Virus record (IMG/VR): IMGVR_UViG_3300036985_009306 | Span: 128,144-192,143 of that record | Length of the DNA stretch: 64,000 bases | Reading direction: 5' to 3' (one strand) | Origin: a virus | Shown: positions 43,700 through 54,440 of the stretch, one piece after another | Position numbering within the stretch: position 1 is the stretch's first letter | Layout of the letters: every line of letters begins with the position of its first letter | Made by a program: the position numbers and the translations under genes | Notes under the pieces: model-generated | Databases searched by the model: none | The model's input: the letters and a program-made list of their open reading frames with translations, nothing else | What the model was told of the DNA's origin: nothing

Positions 43700-44222
43700 T
43701 TTTACAATTGATGAATTGAGAAAAAACAATCCTGATTTAAAATTTACTAATAGTGTTTTTTACACTGCTCGTTATAGTTTGGGACTCACTCAAAAACTCT
43801 CACAAAATGAAGATTCTCAAAAACAAAAAATTCTTTCAATAATTCAGACTTCACCACAAGGAATTTCTTGTGCAGATATTATGAGCCAGATGTGCATAAC
43901 GGCATCAGCTGTTTATGGTGCTCTCAATAGTCTAAGGAGATCAAATAATTACAAGATAAAAAATAAAAACGGAAAATATTTCTTTATTGGTCAAAATCAA
44001 AAAACTCACCAAACTGCTCTTCAATCTGTTATGCCATCTACAGTTACTTTAAGTTCTAATGGTGACATTTCTCAAAAACTCCTTAGTGAAATAAGCCTTC
44101 TTTCTGAGTCAGATAAAGCTGATTATTTTGATATGGTCAAAAAATCTGTTTTTTATAAACTCAGTTCGGATTCTCTTCTTAAAGCTAATGCAATTGTCAA
44201 TGAAATGAAAAATCCTGTATGA
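43653..44222 (+). CDS. winged-HTH domain protein
   Basis: ISCADIMSQMCITASAVYGALNSLRR; AAGGAG RBS. Confidence 0.6.
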   Translation: MSATSEVKKILQQYPNFTIDELRKNNPDLKFTNSVFYTARYSLGLTQKLSQNEDSQKQKILSIIQTSPQGISCADIMSQMCITASAVYGALNSLRRSNNYKIKNKNGKYFFIGQNQKTHQTALQSVMPSTVTLSSNGDISQKLLSEISLLSESDKADYFDMVKKSVFYKLSSDSLLKANAIVNEMKNPV

Positions 44223-44263
44223 AATAAGTGTTTTTGATCAATCTATAAATCATAAACGAGGAG

Positions 44264-44683
44264 GTGTTCATGAAAGCAAGTGTCAAAGAATCGATCAATA
44301 AGGTAAAGCAGGCCTTGATCGATAATGAGTATCAGACTGCAAAACAACTTGGTGATAAGTGTGGATTGAAGCCTTGTTCAATCTATCGCGTCGTCAAGAA
44401 CATGAGAATTGCAGGAATCGGCGTTTTGCCCAGTAGCTGTGGGTATGTTCTTTCTCAATATGCCAAAAAGAATGATGATGTTGGGTTCATTCGCAGGGTT
44501 TACGGTAGAAGAGCCAGTGACTTTATTGCAGTTAAAGCTGCTCAACCTGACATTTCTCGTCGATGGAACTCAATAGAAGAGAAAAAAGAATTAAAGCTGT
44601 TGATACAGCCTTTATTTGTCAATCTTTCGGACTCAAAAGGAATGAACATTCTTTTGAAAAAAACCAATTCAAAAGGATTGTAA
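44264..44683 (+). CDS. HTH domain protein
   Basis: TAKQLGDKCGLKPCSIYRVVKNMR; GAGGAGG RBS. Confidence 0.6.
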   Translation: MFMKASVKESINKVKQALIDNEYQTAKQLGDKCGLKPCSIYRVVKNMRIAGIGVLPSSCGYVLSQYAKKNDDVGFIRRVYGRRASDFIAVKAAQPDISRRWNSIEEKKELKLLIQPLFVNLSDSKGMNILLKKTNSKGL

Positions 44684-44709
44684 TAATATAAAATTCTTTT
44701 GGAGTACAT

Positions 44710-45135
44710 ATGAAAATGAAGATTGGTGGATTGGACTGTATACGGCCTGATTTCGATTGCATAAGTCAAAATGATTTCGAGATGGGAAAAATAGAGTGTT
44801 GTGCCATTTTGATAGAGATTGCAAAGAAAAAACGTAGACCAATTAGTTACGGAAAACTTGCATCTCAACTTTGTACAATTCAGTACCCTTTTACAAGCGA
44901 TCCCCAATTCAGAGTATTGTCAAACATGATAGGCGAAATTTCTGTAGAGGATCATGTTGCAGGAAAACCTTTGTTATCAGCACTTGTGATCAATGACACT
45001 CCTGGTTCTGAACATCAAGGAATGCCCGGAAATGGTTTCTTTGAACTTGCAGAATGGCTTGAAAAATCTAATGTTTCTAACAGAATTACTTTTTGGGCAA
45101 ACGAACTTAATGATATTTACAATCACAAATATTAG
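44710..45135 (+). CDS. hypothetical protein
   Basis: ISYGKLA...PLLSALV...PGNGFF. Confidence 0.7.
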   Translation: MKMKIGGLDCIRPDFDCISQNDFEMGKIECCAILIEIAKKKRRPISYGKLASQLCTIQYPFTSDPQFRVLSNMIGEISVEDHVAGKPLLSALVINDTPGSEHQGMPGNGFFELAEWLEKSNVSNRITFWANELNDIYNHKY

Positions 45136-45192
45136 CTCGTATCAAAACTGATCTTGAACATGAATCAATAACAAAAGGGGCTGATTTATCAT

Positions 45193-45567
45193 ATGATTAA
45201 AATTAAAGACTGTAAAGACGGTTTTCTTTATCGTATTGATGCGAGAAATGCAAGAGTAGGAATTTATGATAAAGAACAACTCGGATTTATCATTAGTAGA
45301 CACAAATTCAAAGATAATTTTCTTTATGTCGAATACCATTGGGATGTAGGAACTATCAAACCAGAATTAAAGCAACATGGGACAGCAGCACCTATTGAAG
45401 AACTGGGACCTACTAAATTGTCCTTCTTACCTGAAATGAATGACGAAGAAAAACTTAAATTTCTTAATCAACAAGAAGAAGAATTAGGTCCAATGTCTGA
45501 AAAAGATTTTGATGATTATATCAAACGTATGACAAACTATGAGAAAGATGAAAACAATGACATTTGA
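45193..45567 (+). CDS. hypothetical protein
   Basis: 124-aa ORF. Confidence 0.65.
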   Translation: MIKIKDCKDGFLYRIDARNARVGIYDKEQLGFIISRHKFKDNFLYVEYHWDVGTIKPELKQHGTAAPIEELGPTKLSFLPEMNDEEKLKFLNQQEEELGPMSEKDFDDYIKRMTNYEKDENNDI

Positions 45568-46153
45568 AGAAACATGTCAAAAAATTGCTTCTTTAAAATT
45601 AGTTCAAGCAAGTAGTGGAAATTTATCTGAAAGAAGTAAGTTTAATGAAGGTGAATTTTTTATTACTTCTACGGGTTGTTGGTTTGAAACAATGGACCAT
45701 CAACAAAAAGTGAGATGTTCTCTTGAAACAAAGAAAAAGATCGATAAAGACAGTCCTGATCCTTCTTCTGAAATTCTTATGCATGCTTTGACATTAGAAA
45801 ATAGACCTGATGTCAATGTAGTTCTTCATTATCAACCTGTCCATGGGACATTAATTTCTTGTATATTTGATGCTGAGCTCTTACCTGATTTTAATGTGAT
45901 CCCTGAAGTACCTTACTATATTAACAAAATTTCTTATGTTACTTATCATAAACCAGGATCTGTTGAATTGGCTCAATGTGTCTCAAATGCTTTAAAAGAA
46001 CAAAATTTGGTGATAATGAGAAATCATGGGCTAACAGTAGTTGGATGTAATTTTGAACAAGTTTTACAAAGAGCAATATTTTTTGAATTGGCATGTGAAA
46101 TTTTAGTTAAAGCAAGGGACAAATGGGAACTAGATAGAATTTATAAGCTTTAA
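45557..46153 (+). CDS. class II aldolase/epimerase family protein
   Basis: SSGNLS, PSSEILMH, VVLH, MRNHGL. Confidence 0.85.
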   Translation: MTFEETCQKIASLKLVQASSGNLSERSKFNEGEFFITSTGCWFETMDHQQKVRCSLETKKKIDKDSPDPSSEILMHALTLENRPDVNVVLHYQPVHGTLISCIFDAELLPDFNVIPEVPYYINKISYVTYHKPGSVELAQCVSNALKEQNLVIMRNHGLTVVGCNFEQVLQRAIFFELACEILVKARDKWELDRIYKL

Positions 46154-46694
46154 TTATGCTCTTGTTCATGGTAAATTAAACAAAAAATTCTCATTGTGTT
46201 GTTCTGATCCATCAAATCCATGTTCTAGACAATTTTGTGACATAATGCTCAAAATTGTCTCGGTATTATTGACAATAATGGCACTAAATTACCAGAATTT
46301 AAACAGATTAAAAGTTTTGCAAGATTAGATAAAAATAATTGTTTTTTACTTGCAATAATGTATATAATTATTGCATGAAACATGTAATACCTGGTTTCTT
46401 CGAATTACACGGCATATCTAAAGAAATTCTTGACAAATTAAAACATGGTGACTCTATTCAAGACCTTGCCATCAAGGTCGAGTAGTTGCTGTCAAGTTGA
46501 AGTCGATTTCTTGTTAGATAATATATGTTATAGAGTATTCAAATCTTCAAAATCTTTCATTATCAAAAAGAATTGAAATTTGGAACATTAGATGAATATT
46601 TCAAGACAAGAAAAAAGAAAATTTTAAAAAATCAAGAATTAATAGTTATTCAAAATACACATCCTTCATCTTTTAAGAAACTAAAGGAGAAAAT

Positions 46695-47693
46695 ATGGAA
46701 ATTTCAAAAGAACAAATAGACAATATGCGAGAAGCTTTAGACACACTTCCAAGTAGAACTCAAACAAAAACTTATGATTATTTTAATGTTCTAGAAACTT
46801 TAACTGTAGAAGTTTATGATTCACCAAACAATCCATATTTGAATATTGTTAATGCAGCTTGTTCTACATGGGGCTCTGGAAGAGTTGGTGCTGATGAGGG
46901 TTCGTGTAGAAAATGGCAAAAATTATCTCCTCGAAATAGATATATAGTCACTTTGAGTGCTTTAAAAGGAGAAACACTTCCATTAGCATTAGAAAATGTA
47001 AAATATGAATTCTGTGTTAATGGTGGTCCGAGACATTTGTACGACCAACACTTCCGCGTAAGGCTTGCAGCGCATCAGAGTATTGGTTGTAGGGATAACA
47101 CTAAATTAGATGCACCTTTCATATTATATCCTGAGCTTTTTAAAGAGATTATAAATAATCTAGAACTTAAAAAACAATTCGAAAATTGGGTAAAAACTAC
47201 TAAAGATATGTACGAGACAATTTTAAATTGTGGATGCGGTTCATATCAAACAGCGAGAGCAGTATTACCTATGTCTTATAATCATTCTTGTACGACATCT
47301 ATTGATTTATTGTCTCTTAAAAGTCAAATGGCGAGAAGATTAATGGCTTGTGAAGAAGCACCAATAGTCTATATGTATTGGAAAATAAGAGAAGAAATAA
47401 AAAAGAAAACACCTCTTATAGCAAATTATTTGCGGCCTGCCTGTGATAGTGCAAAAAGATGTGTCTATCATGGTGGAGCAGAAGGTTTGACAAAATATTT
47501 TAGTAATTTATTTGCTGGTTGTGGTCGTTGGACAGATGAAGTCAAATATGCTGAGTTTAATAGAAGTTGTTCAGATTATAATGAACTTTCAAAATATGTT
47601 GAAATAGTACCTCGAGATGGTTGGATTAATTTTACAGAGAATGATTATGATTTGCTAGACATGAAAGATAAAATACTTTTTGCAAGGGAATAG
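46695..47693 (+). CDS. divergent ThyX-like flavoprotein
   Basis: QHFRVRLAAHQSIGCRD aligns to RHRxxSxxxxSxR; ARAVLPM, RRLMAC. Confidence 0.65.
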   Translation: MEISKEQIDNMREALDTLPSRTQTKTYDYFNVLETLTVEVYDSPNNPYLNIVNAACSTWGSGRVGADEGSCRKWQKLSPRNRYIVTLSALKGETLPLALENVKYEFCVNGGPRHLYDQHFRVRLAAHQSIGCRDNTKLDAPFILYPELFKEIINNLELKKQFENWVKTTKDMYETILNCGCGSYQTARAVLPMSYNHSCTTSIDLLSLKSQMARRLMACEEAPIVYMYWKIREEIKKKTPLIANYLRPACDSAKRCVYHGGAEGLTKYFSNLFAGCGRWTDEVKYAEFNRSCSDYNELSKYVEIVPRDGWINFTENDYDLLDMKDKILFARE

Positions 47694-47954
47694 ATTTGTG
47701 ATTAATCGTCCTGATAAATATAACAATTCATGTGGTATTGGTTAAATGTCTTTCAACTGTAAAAGTAGAAAGAACTAACCTGCATTATCTATGAAGAAAC
47801 AATTAGAAAGACCTAAACCTCAAGGCTGGCCATCAACTATACAAGAGCAATTGAAGGAAAAATACAATGTTCTGAAAGAAAAATTTTGTCACAATATTTA
47901 GTAATTGTTTTTTTGTTTCTTATGTTTTTAGTTAAGATATAAAGGACTTAAAAA

Positions 47955-48851
47955 ATGAAATATATCATAGGTGCAGGGATCACAGGACTTATTTTTGCAT
48001 ACTATAATAAAGATTATTTTGTCGTATCTGATCAAATTGGTGGACAAATGTTATCTCATTTTGATTTAGGTCCAAGATATCTTCATTATAAATCAGAAAA
48101 AGTAAGAAAGTTTCTTGAAAGTTTAGATATGCCAATACATATTTCTACTATCAAGGTAGGATATCTAGATGACAATGGTTGGATAGAAAACCCTGATCTA
48201 GACTTTCGTCAACAATATTATTTGAAATCAAGAGGAACAAAAGACATAAAAGGATTTGATTCTTCAGTATTAAATTGTAATATTAGAGAATTTCAAGTTT
48301 GCGACGTTGATTTTAAACTTTTAATATACAGACTATTTCAAAAAGTAAGTGATAGAATTATTACTGATAGAATTAAAAAAATAGATTTAGAAGAACGACT
48401 AATAACAACTTTTGAATATTCTTTTAATTATAATAAACTTGTTTCTACAATTCCTCTTAATATTTTTTGTAAAATTTCAGGTATTGATAAACAGTTAGAA
48501 CATACATCTATTGCATATTGTCTCTTATCACCATTTTATTTTGATCTCAAACAGTTTGATTTTATATATGATAATAGGATAAATACTTATCATCATAGAA
48601 TGACAAAGAGTAAACAGGGGATTGTTTGTGATGTTTTAGAACAAAATTTAGATAAATTTAAGAATTCTGTTGATCCAGAATATTATGTGTTACCTATAGA
48701 ATCATCTATAAAAGTCGTAAAAAATAGTCAAATAATTTCATTGGAAAAAGATTTTAGACTTGATGATCATCCGGAAGTTAAGTTTTTAGGAAGATATGCA
48801 GCATGGAATCGACGTTTTAAGACAGAAACAATAATTGAGGAGGCACAATGA
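47955..48851 (+). CDS. FAD-dependent oxidoreductase, UDP-galactopyranose-mutase-like
   Basis: IIGAGITGL, IGG, GPRYLH, LVSTIPL, FLGRYAAW. Confidence 0.7.
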   Translation: MKYIIGAGITGLIFAYYNKDYFVVSDQIGGQMLSHFDLGPRYLHYKSEKVRKFLESLDMPIHISTIKVGYLDDNGWIENPDLDFRQQYYLKSRGTKDIKGFDSSVLNCNIREFQVCDVDFKLLIYRLFQKVSDRIITDRIKKIDLEERLITTFEYSFNYNKLVSTIPLNIFCKISGIDKQLEHTSIAYCLLSPFYFDLKQFDFIYDNRINTYHHRMTKSKQGIVCDVLEQNLDKFKNSVDPEYYVLPIESSIKVVKNSQIISLEKDFRLDDHPEVKFLGRYAAWNRRFKTETIIEEAQ

Positions 48852-49078
48852 GCTCTGAAGAATTAAAAGTTATACCTTCAAAAGAGGCAATTGGTTGGAC
48901 TGTCAAAGAAACTATTGGAATTGGAGTAGTAAACACATATCCATTTTGGCCATGGTGGAAGAAGATGTTTTATAGACTGTCTTTTAAATCTATTAAGCAA
49001 AGAAGAAAATTTAAAAAATATGTAAAGACAATTAGAGAATCCGAGTGGAGACGATCATTGAACAAACAAATAGGATAG
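48848..49078 (+). CDS. hypothetical protein
   Basis: ATGA-coupled ORF. Confidence 0.55.
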   Translation: MSSEELKVIPSKEAIGWTVKETIGIGVVNTYPFWPWWKKMFYRLSFKSIKQRRKFKKYVKTIRESEWRRSLNKQIG

Positions 49079-49080
49079 CA

Positions 49081-50034
49081 ATGAACAAGAAAATCTGGTT
49101 TGATCAATTAAAATTCAACAAGAAACTTTTTAAAGACGTATATAATTTAGAATTAGAAAATCTTTCTAATAAAGAAAAAACAAAGTGGTCAAAAGAATTC
49201 TTTTTTTATATAAATAGAGAATTAACTGATGTCATTAACAATCTTCCTAATTGGAAGATGCATTATGTAAATGATGAAAACAATTCTTTGCAGATTGTTA
49301 CTTCTAATCTTATAGAAGACTATATAGACTCTTTCAAGTATTTTATGGGTTTAGGTCAAGTTCTTGGCATCTCATTAGAAGACATTTTAAAAGGATATGA
49401 GAATAAGACAGAAGTTGTCAAGCAAAAATATCAACAAAACCAAAGGATTCATGAACTACGAGAAAAGGAAGTTGTTCTCTTTGACATTGATGGTGTGATT
49501 AATAATTATCCTAAGTGTTTCCTTGATTGGATGAAGGGCACCACTCACTTTTCATTTAGATCAATCGAGGAGGCTAAATCTAAATTAGACTTAAAAACTT
49601 ATGAAAATTTAAAGACTGAGTATAGGTTATCAGGAGCAAAACGGACTCAACCTATTAATGTCAATACTGTTAAATTAATGATAAGATTGAAGGAAATGGG
49701 TGAGACTATAATTTTATTTACTAATAGACCTGTTTTAAAGTATAAAATCATATACTCGGATACACTACATTGGTTGAAGAATAATAGAATTCCTTTTGAT
49801 GCAATCTATTGGAGTGATTATAATAGAAAAGAAGATATTTATAAACTTAAATTTAAAATCAAGTTTATTGTAGAAGATGATATAAATAATGCTAAAAACT
49901 TTAATCATGAAGGTTACAAAGTTTATTTGATCAATAATAAAGATAATTCAAAAATCAAATATAAAAATAAATTTCTTATCAGAATAGATAATCCATTAAT
50001 TATATTAGAAAAGCGACAGTATGAGAAAAATTAA
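49081..50034 (+). CDS. fusion of all-alpha dUTPase-like and HAD 5'(3')-nucleotidase-like domains
   Basis: RELTDV...WKMH...EDYIDSFKY; HAD FDIDGV, FTNRP, IVEDD. Confidence 0.7.
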   Translation: MNKKIWFDQLKFNKKLFKDVYNLELENLSNKEKTKWSKEFFFYINRELTDVINNLPNWKMHYVNDENNSLQIVTSNLIEDYIDSFKYFMGLGQVLGISLEDILKGYENKTEVVKQKYQQNQRIHELREKEVVLFDIDGVINNYPKCFLDWMKGTTHFSFRSIEEAKSKLDLKTYENLKTEYRLSGAKRTQPINVNTVKLMIRLKEMGETIILFTNRPVLKYKIIYSDTLHWLKNNRIPFDAIYWSDYNRKEDIYKLKFKIKFIVEDDINNAKNFNHEGYKVYLINNKDNSKIKYKNKFLIRIDNPLIILEKRQYEKN

Positions 50035-50269
50035 AATTCCAAAAAGTTTTATTGCAGCAGCGTATGCTGGAGCATGTGCTGCTCATCAAGTGTCAGTTCA
50101 TGAAGATATGTTTGGCCAAGATAAAATTGATTTTCATGAACATTTTACAAAAAATTTTCAACATGTTAAGGGAACATGCTCTGATATAGTTGGAGAATTA
50201 CAGTCTTCATTGACTCTTAAAGAGATAGCATCGAATTCTCCTGCAAATTATGATTATGGTGGATTTTAA
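50021..50269 (+). CDS. hypothetical protein
   Basis: ORF tiling. Confidence 0.55.
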   Translation: MRKIKIPKSFIAAAYAGACAAHQVSVHEDMFGQDKIDFHEHFTKNFQHVKGTCSDIVGELQSSLTLKEIASNSPANYDYGGF

Positions 50270-50271
50270 TT

Positions 50272-50532
50272 ATGTCTCTTATAGAAGAAATATTAGCCGA
50301 GTTTCAAGCTTATGGTATTACAATTGCTCAAATAGAGCGTGTTTTAGATTTACATCAAGGAGCATTAGATACAGGAAATTTAATTGATGACCCAGAGATA
50401 ATTGCTTTGCTTAAAATAGTTAGAACATATCCTTGGTTGCTTGAAGTGGCTGAAGCAGATTATGACGAAAATGAGTCAAAACGAATATTATTACATCATG
50501 CAATAGATCAAATGATTTTAATGAAAAAGTAA
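50272..50532 (+). CDS. hypothetical protein
   Basis: ORF tiling. Confidence 0.6.
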   Translation: MSLIEEILAEFQAYGITIAQIERVLDLHQGALDTGNLIDDPEIIALLKIVRTYPWLLEVAEADYDENESKRILLHHAIDQMILMKK

Positions 50533-50799
50533 AATAAAGATAGGAAAACAAATGGTATTACGTAAGGGTACCAAAGTTTTTGATAAGACAAAAAGAAGAG
50601 TTGGAAAAGTAATTAGTATTGATATTCATGATAGATTAAAATGTAAATGGTATGTTGTTAAGTATAACAATGGTCTTGTACGTAATTGTTTTAGAGAAGA
50701 ATTAAAGGCTAATGGCAAAAAATTTTGTTAATATTAACGATCATGTTTTTAGCAAGGAGGAACATATGCATTAAGTTACCTTAACAAGGAGTTAATGCT

Positions 50800-51030
50800 A
50801 TGTCTCGTTCTTACAAAAAACATCTTTGGTTCAAAGATCACAATTCAGGAGCAAAGAGAGAAGCTAATCGTGTTGTCAGAAAAACATCTGAAATTGCAAA
50901 TGGTAACGCTTATAGAAAAGTTTATGATTCTTACAACATTTGTGATTTCAAAATTTTACATGACCCAAATCCAAGATGGTATGAAGAATGGGTAGATCCT
51001 ATCTCATTCTGGAAAGCCAGAATGAAGTAG
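50800..51030 (+). CDS. hypothetical basic protein
   Basis: MSRSYKK...KREANRVVRK...YRKVYDSYNICDF. Confidence 0.65.
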   Translation: MSRSYKKHLWFKDHNSGAKREANRVVRKTSEIANGNAYRKVYDSYNICDFKILHDPNPRWYEEWVDPISFWKARMK

Positions 51031-51158
51031 ATAAAATGGGAAGGTCGTGTTGATGTTGTTAATAAAGATTCTTTTATTGCTAGTTTGAATAACTTAACAA
51101 TGATGATGATAAAATTTGAAGATGGTCCGGCCTTTACAATAAACGAAAGGGGTCTAAA

Positions 51159-51386
51159 GTGGGTAAGCTAATAGTCGTTTTAATTGTTCTTTGCATTGGT
51201 GCAGCAATTGGTGCTATTTGCTGGCCGTATACTATCAACACGTGGCTTGTCTTTGCTCACAAGCCCCCGGTTATTCAGTGGTGGCAGGGTTCTTTGTTGG
51301 GTTTTGTTCCAGTGCTCGGCCAAATAAGTATAGCGGCTGCGTGCATTACATGGATTCTCATGTTTTTCCTGCATGGGGCCGCATAA
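51159..51386 (+). CDS. small membrane protein
   Basis: Hydrophobic; CWPYTINTWL...GFVP. Confidence 0.65.
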   Translation: MGKLIVVLIVLCIGAAIGAICWPYTINTWLVFAHKPPVIQWWQGSLLGFVPVLGQISIAAACITWILMFFLHGAA

Positions 51387-51563
51387 ATTATGAAAGCTCA
51401 TCCCACAGCACTTCAGGTTAATATTTGCTTGCAGTGGTTGCCAAACGAAGCTGAATGTGCATTCTTTGGAGCATGCTATGCAGCAATATGTGGTCTTACA
51501 TGATGAGAACAAGAAAACAAAAGTTATGAAAGTTTTAAAAGAATTGATTGAGAGGAACTAAAA

Positions 51564-51833
51564 ATGGAATTCGTAAGAATGGGGAAACACGAAATCAACA
51601 TTTGCATTTGGGAACTAATTAATGGAACAGAAGATGATGATACTTGGACATGTTTTAGAAGGTTGAACAAAACGAGCCAAATTATTGTTTCTTTGTATAA
51701 AAAAACTTGTAAATTAAATTCACTTGCTCCTGATCCTCAGATAATTCAAAAAATTACTTCACATCTTGTTTCAAATTTAATTCCAGTTAAACAAAGTGAT
51801 TCAAAAATGATTTCTAGAAAGAAAAAATTATGA
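51564..51833 (+). CDS. hypothetical protein
   Basis: GAGGA RBS. Confidence 0.55.
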   Translation: MEFVRMGKHEINICIWELINGTEDDDTWTCFRRLNKTSQIIVSLYKKTCKLNSLAPDPQIIQKITSHLVSNLIPVKQSDSKMISRKKKL

Positions 51834-52210
51834 ACTTTACTTTTGAACCAACTGAAATACAACAAGAAACAATTAAAAATCTTATCAATGGTATGATAGA
51901 TTGTATTATTCAACAAGAAATAGAAAAAGCTGAAAAGGAAGTTGTTAGACGAATTGGTGAAGTAATGCCTAAGATAAAAACTGAAGTTCTTAAAGTTTTT
52001 AATTATCAGACAAATCATCAATGTATTAATATTATAATTGAAATGCTTTTAAAAGAAAACATAGCCAATGAAGATTTCGAACATAGAGTTCAAGAAGTTC
52101 TAGAAAATTTACATACTTGGAGACCAGGGCATGACGGTGAATGTACAATCTTGCTTGCTGGACTTTTAAGTGAATTAGAAGAACTTAAGAAATTGTCGAA
52201 GAAAAGGTGA
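51830..52210 (+). CDS. hypothetical protein
   Basis: ATGA-coupled ORF. Confidence 0.6.
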   Translation: MNFTFEPTEIQQETIKNLINGMIDCIIQQEIEKAEKEVVRRIGEVMPKIKTEVLKVFNYQTNHQCINIIIEMLLKENIANEDFEHRVQEVLENLHTWRPGHDGECTILLAGLLSELEELKKLSKKR

Positions 52211-52521
52211 ATAAAATGAATTCTATTATAATAAAATTCATTAAAGCTATTGGAGAAATACCTGAGGGAGCTCTTGGTCTTATTCGCATTGGGATCTATT
52301 CTCGTGTTTTTATTCCACGTAGATATGTGAACCTTGCGGCACCCATTATTCCTTGTTATGATATGCCTGAAGAAAATCCTTCTTCGTATTGGACGCATAT
52401 ACAAGAGAGTGCATTGACTGATTTGGAAAAGAAAGAACTGTCAGATTTTGAAGAAGAAATATCGAAAAAAGAAAAGTTGTTTATTGGTGAGGATCTTATT
52501 CTGAAAACTTTTGGAATATAA
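52207..52521 (+). CDS. hypothetical protein
   Basis: Coupled ORF. Confidence 0.55.
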   Translation: MNKMNSIIIKFIKAIGEIPEGALGLIRIGIYSRVFIPRRYVNLAAPIIPCYDMPEENPSSYWTHIQESALTDLEKKELSDFEEEISKKEKLFIGEDLILKTFGI

Positions 52522-52542
52522 AAATAAAAAAGGAAATAAACT

Positions 52543-53556
52543 ATGCAATTTGCTCTATCGCCTTCTGTATTTTTTGAATCTTTAAGAACTAAATCACAGG
52601 ATTTTGTAAGATCAATTCAGATAGAAATTCTTTCTGGTTGTGCATGTAAATGTGTCATGTGCAAACAATGGGAAGATAGACAATCATATTATATGGAACC
52701 TGATCAACTTACAAAATTTTTTAATGATTATAAGAGACTTGGTGGGCTTCAAGCAAATTTAACTGGTGGTGATCCTCTTTACTACAAAGATTTTGTGAAA
52801 GTATTTTCTCAGGACTTTGGATTGAGATTAGACATTACTACTACAATGATTACTAATGATAAAGAAAAACTCGATTTGTTAAAAAAGTTCAAGCTTATTA
52901 CAGTAAGCATTTCGGGTACAAAAGACATGTATGAGAAAGTTCAAGGTATAAATGCTTATGAGTTAGTTAAAAAGAATTTGGTTTATATAAGAAAGAAGGG
53001 AATGAATTTTAAGACAAATACAGTCTTAAATGATGTAAATCTTAGTAATTTAGATTGGGTTGAACAGTTTGTAGAAGACATGAATCTTTTACAACCTAAG
53101 TTTGTGACTCTCATTCAAAGCTTATTTGATGAAGGCAGTTTTACTAATATTCCTGATGTAGTAAAAATATTTAAAGACAAAGCAAAATTTAAGTTTTCAA
53201 ATGCAACAATGGGAGATAGAAATAAAAAGCATAAGAAAGAACCTAATTTTAAGAAATATCCTTGTATAATTCCTTATTTGCATTGGCATATTAAATCTAG
53301 TGGTGATGTTTATCCTTGTTGTATAATGGGAGGAGAAGTAGGTCAGGATTTAGATCCCAAATTTTGTTTTGGAAACATATTTAAAGACAGTCTTGAGACT
53401 ATCTATAAAAATGGAACTAATTTTGTGGACAATGCAGGAGCTAATATTTATGATGGAGGGTTGTGTAAAAAGATGTGTCTTAATGGAGTTAGATATTATT
53501 CTTTGAACAGGGATTTTTATAGATTTGATAAAGGAATTTTTGTACCAAGAATATAA
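52543..53556 (+). CDS. radical SAM protein with SPASM/twitch domain
   Basis: CACKCVMC, LTGGDPL, C...SGDVYPCC...FGNI...C..C. Confidence 0.88.
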   Translation: MQFALSPSVFFESLRTKSQDFVRSIQIEILSGCACKCVMCKQWEDRQSYYMEPDQLTKFFNDYKRLGGLQANLTGGDPLYYKDFVKVFSQDFGLRLDITTTMITNDKEKLDLLKKFKLITVSISGTKDMYEKVQGINAYELVKKNLVYIRKKGMNFKTNTVLNDVNLSNLDWVEQFVEDMNLLQPKFVTLIQSLFDEGSFTNIPDVVKIFKDKAKFKFSNATMGDRNKKHKKEPNFKKYPCIIPYLHWHIKSSGDVYPCCIMGGEVGQDLDPKFCFGNIFKDSLETIYKNGTNFVDNAGANIYDGGLCKKMCLNGVRYYSLNRDFYRFDKGIFVPRI

Positions 53557-53824
53557 TTTGAGGATGGAATTAATAAGGCCTGTTGGAAAACCTAAAAATA
53601 TTGAGCGGGAGAACATATCTAAATAACGGCGTAGCGCAAGAAACACAAGCCACCATCCGGATGGCAAGAAAGTGCAGGCGGCCACGAACGTTGGCTGAAA
53701 CTTCAGTCGTGCTTTCAATATAGGCTATAACCTTGAAACTGGGACTAGGCATTGGTTCTTGGTTGAAGAAACAGAGAATGTTAAAAAAAATTAACGAGGG
53801 GGTTTATGAAAATCTTCTCCAAAA

Positions 53825-54088
53825 GTGGAAGAGCAAATGAGCAAGAACGCTAAACGACGCTGGAGAGAGATTTCGGAGAGAAAACAGCGGGAAATTTATG
53901 CTCAAACTGAAGAAATAAAAGATGCATCGGAGCAACTATACGAATTCGTGCAAGGCTATATTGAAAATCATAAGATTTCTTGTCCTGAATCGATTCACCA
54001 GTCCGATGAGATCAATCTCGATGCCCCGCATTTTATGGAAAAATGTTGTGAGATTGTAGGACTTTTCCATGAAAAGGAAAACTCATGA
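53825..54088 (+). CDS. hypothetical protein
   Basis: ORF. Confidence 0.55.
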   Translation: MEEQMSKNAKRRWREISERKQREIYAQTEEIKDASEQLYEFVQGYIENHKISCPESIHQSDEINLDAPHFMEKCCEIVGLFHEKENS

Positions 54089-54440
54089 AAATCGTTACTG
54101 GCTTAGTGTTAATAGTTCTGGGTATGGTTGTTGGTTTGTGGCTTGGAGTATGGGTTATGTTCATCGGTGGAATAGTTCAGGTAAATTGTTGAAGGTAGAT
54201 ATGAGTGAAGTAAATGATTACATCATTGAAAGATCTATGAGTTCTATTGCATATTTTTTGAGACAAGCTCAATGCAAACATGAATGGCATAAACATGGAT
54301 TTGGATATAAATGTGATAAATGTGATTATTATTCAGGTATGGATCAAGAAATTAACAAAATGATTGAGAAACAGTTAAATAAAGTTGGAGCCAGCTCGCA
54401 GGCGTACAATAGGCCGCCGCAAAAGGAGAGATTATGGTAG
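54069..54440 (+). CDS. hypothetical protein with C-x-H-x-W..CxxC motif
   Basis: ORF. Confidence 0.55.
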   Translation: MKRKTHENRYWLSVNSSGYGCWFVAWSMGYVHRWNSSGKLLKVDMSEVNDYIIERSMSSIAYFLRQAQCKHEWHKHGFGYKCDKCDYYSGMDQEINKMIEKQLNKVGASSQAYNRPPQKERLW

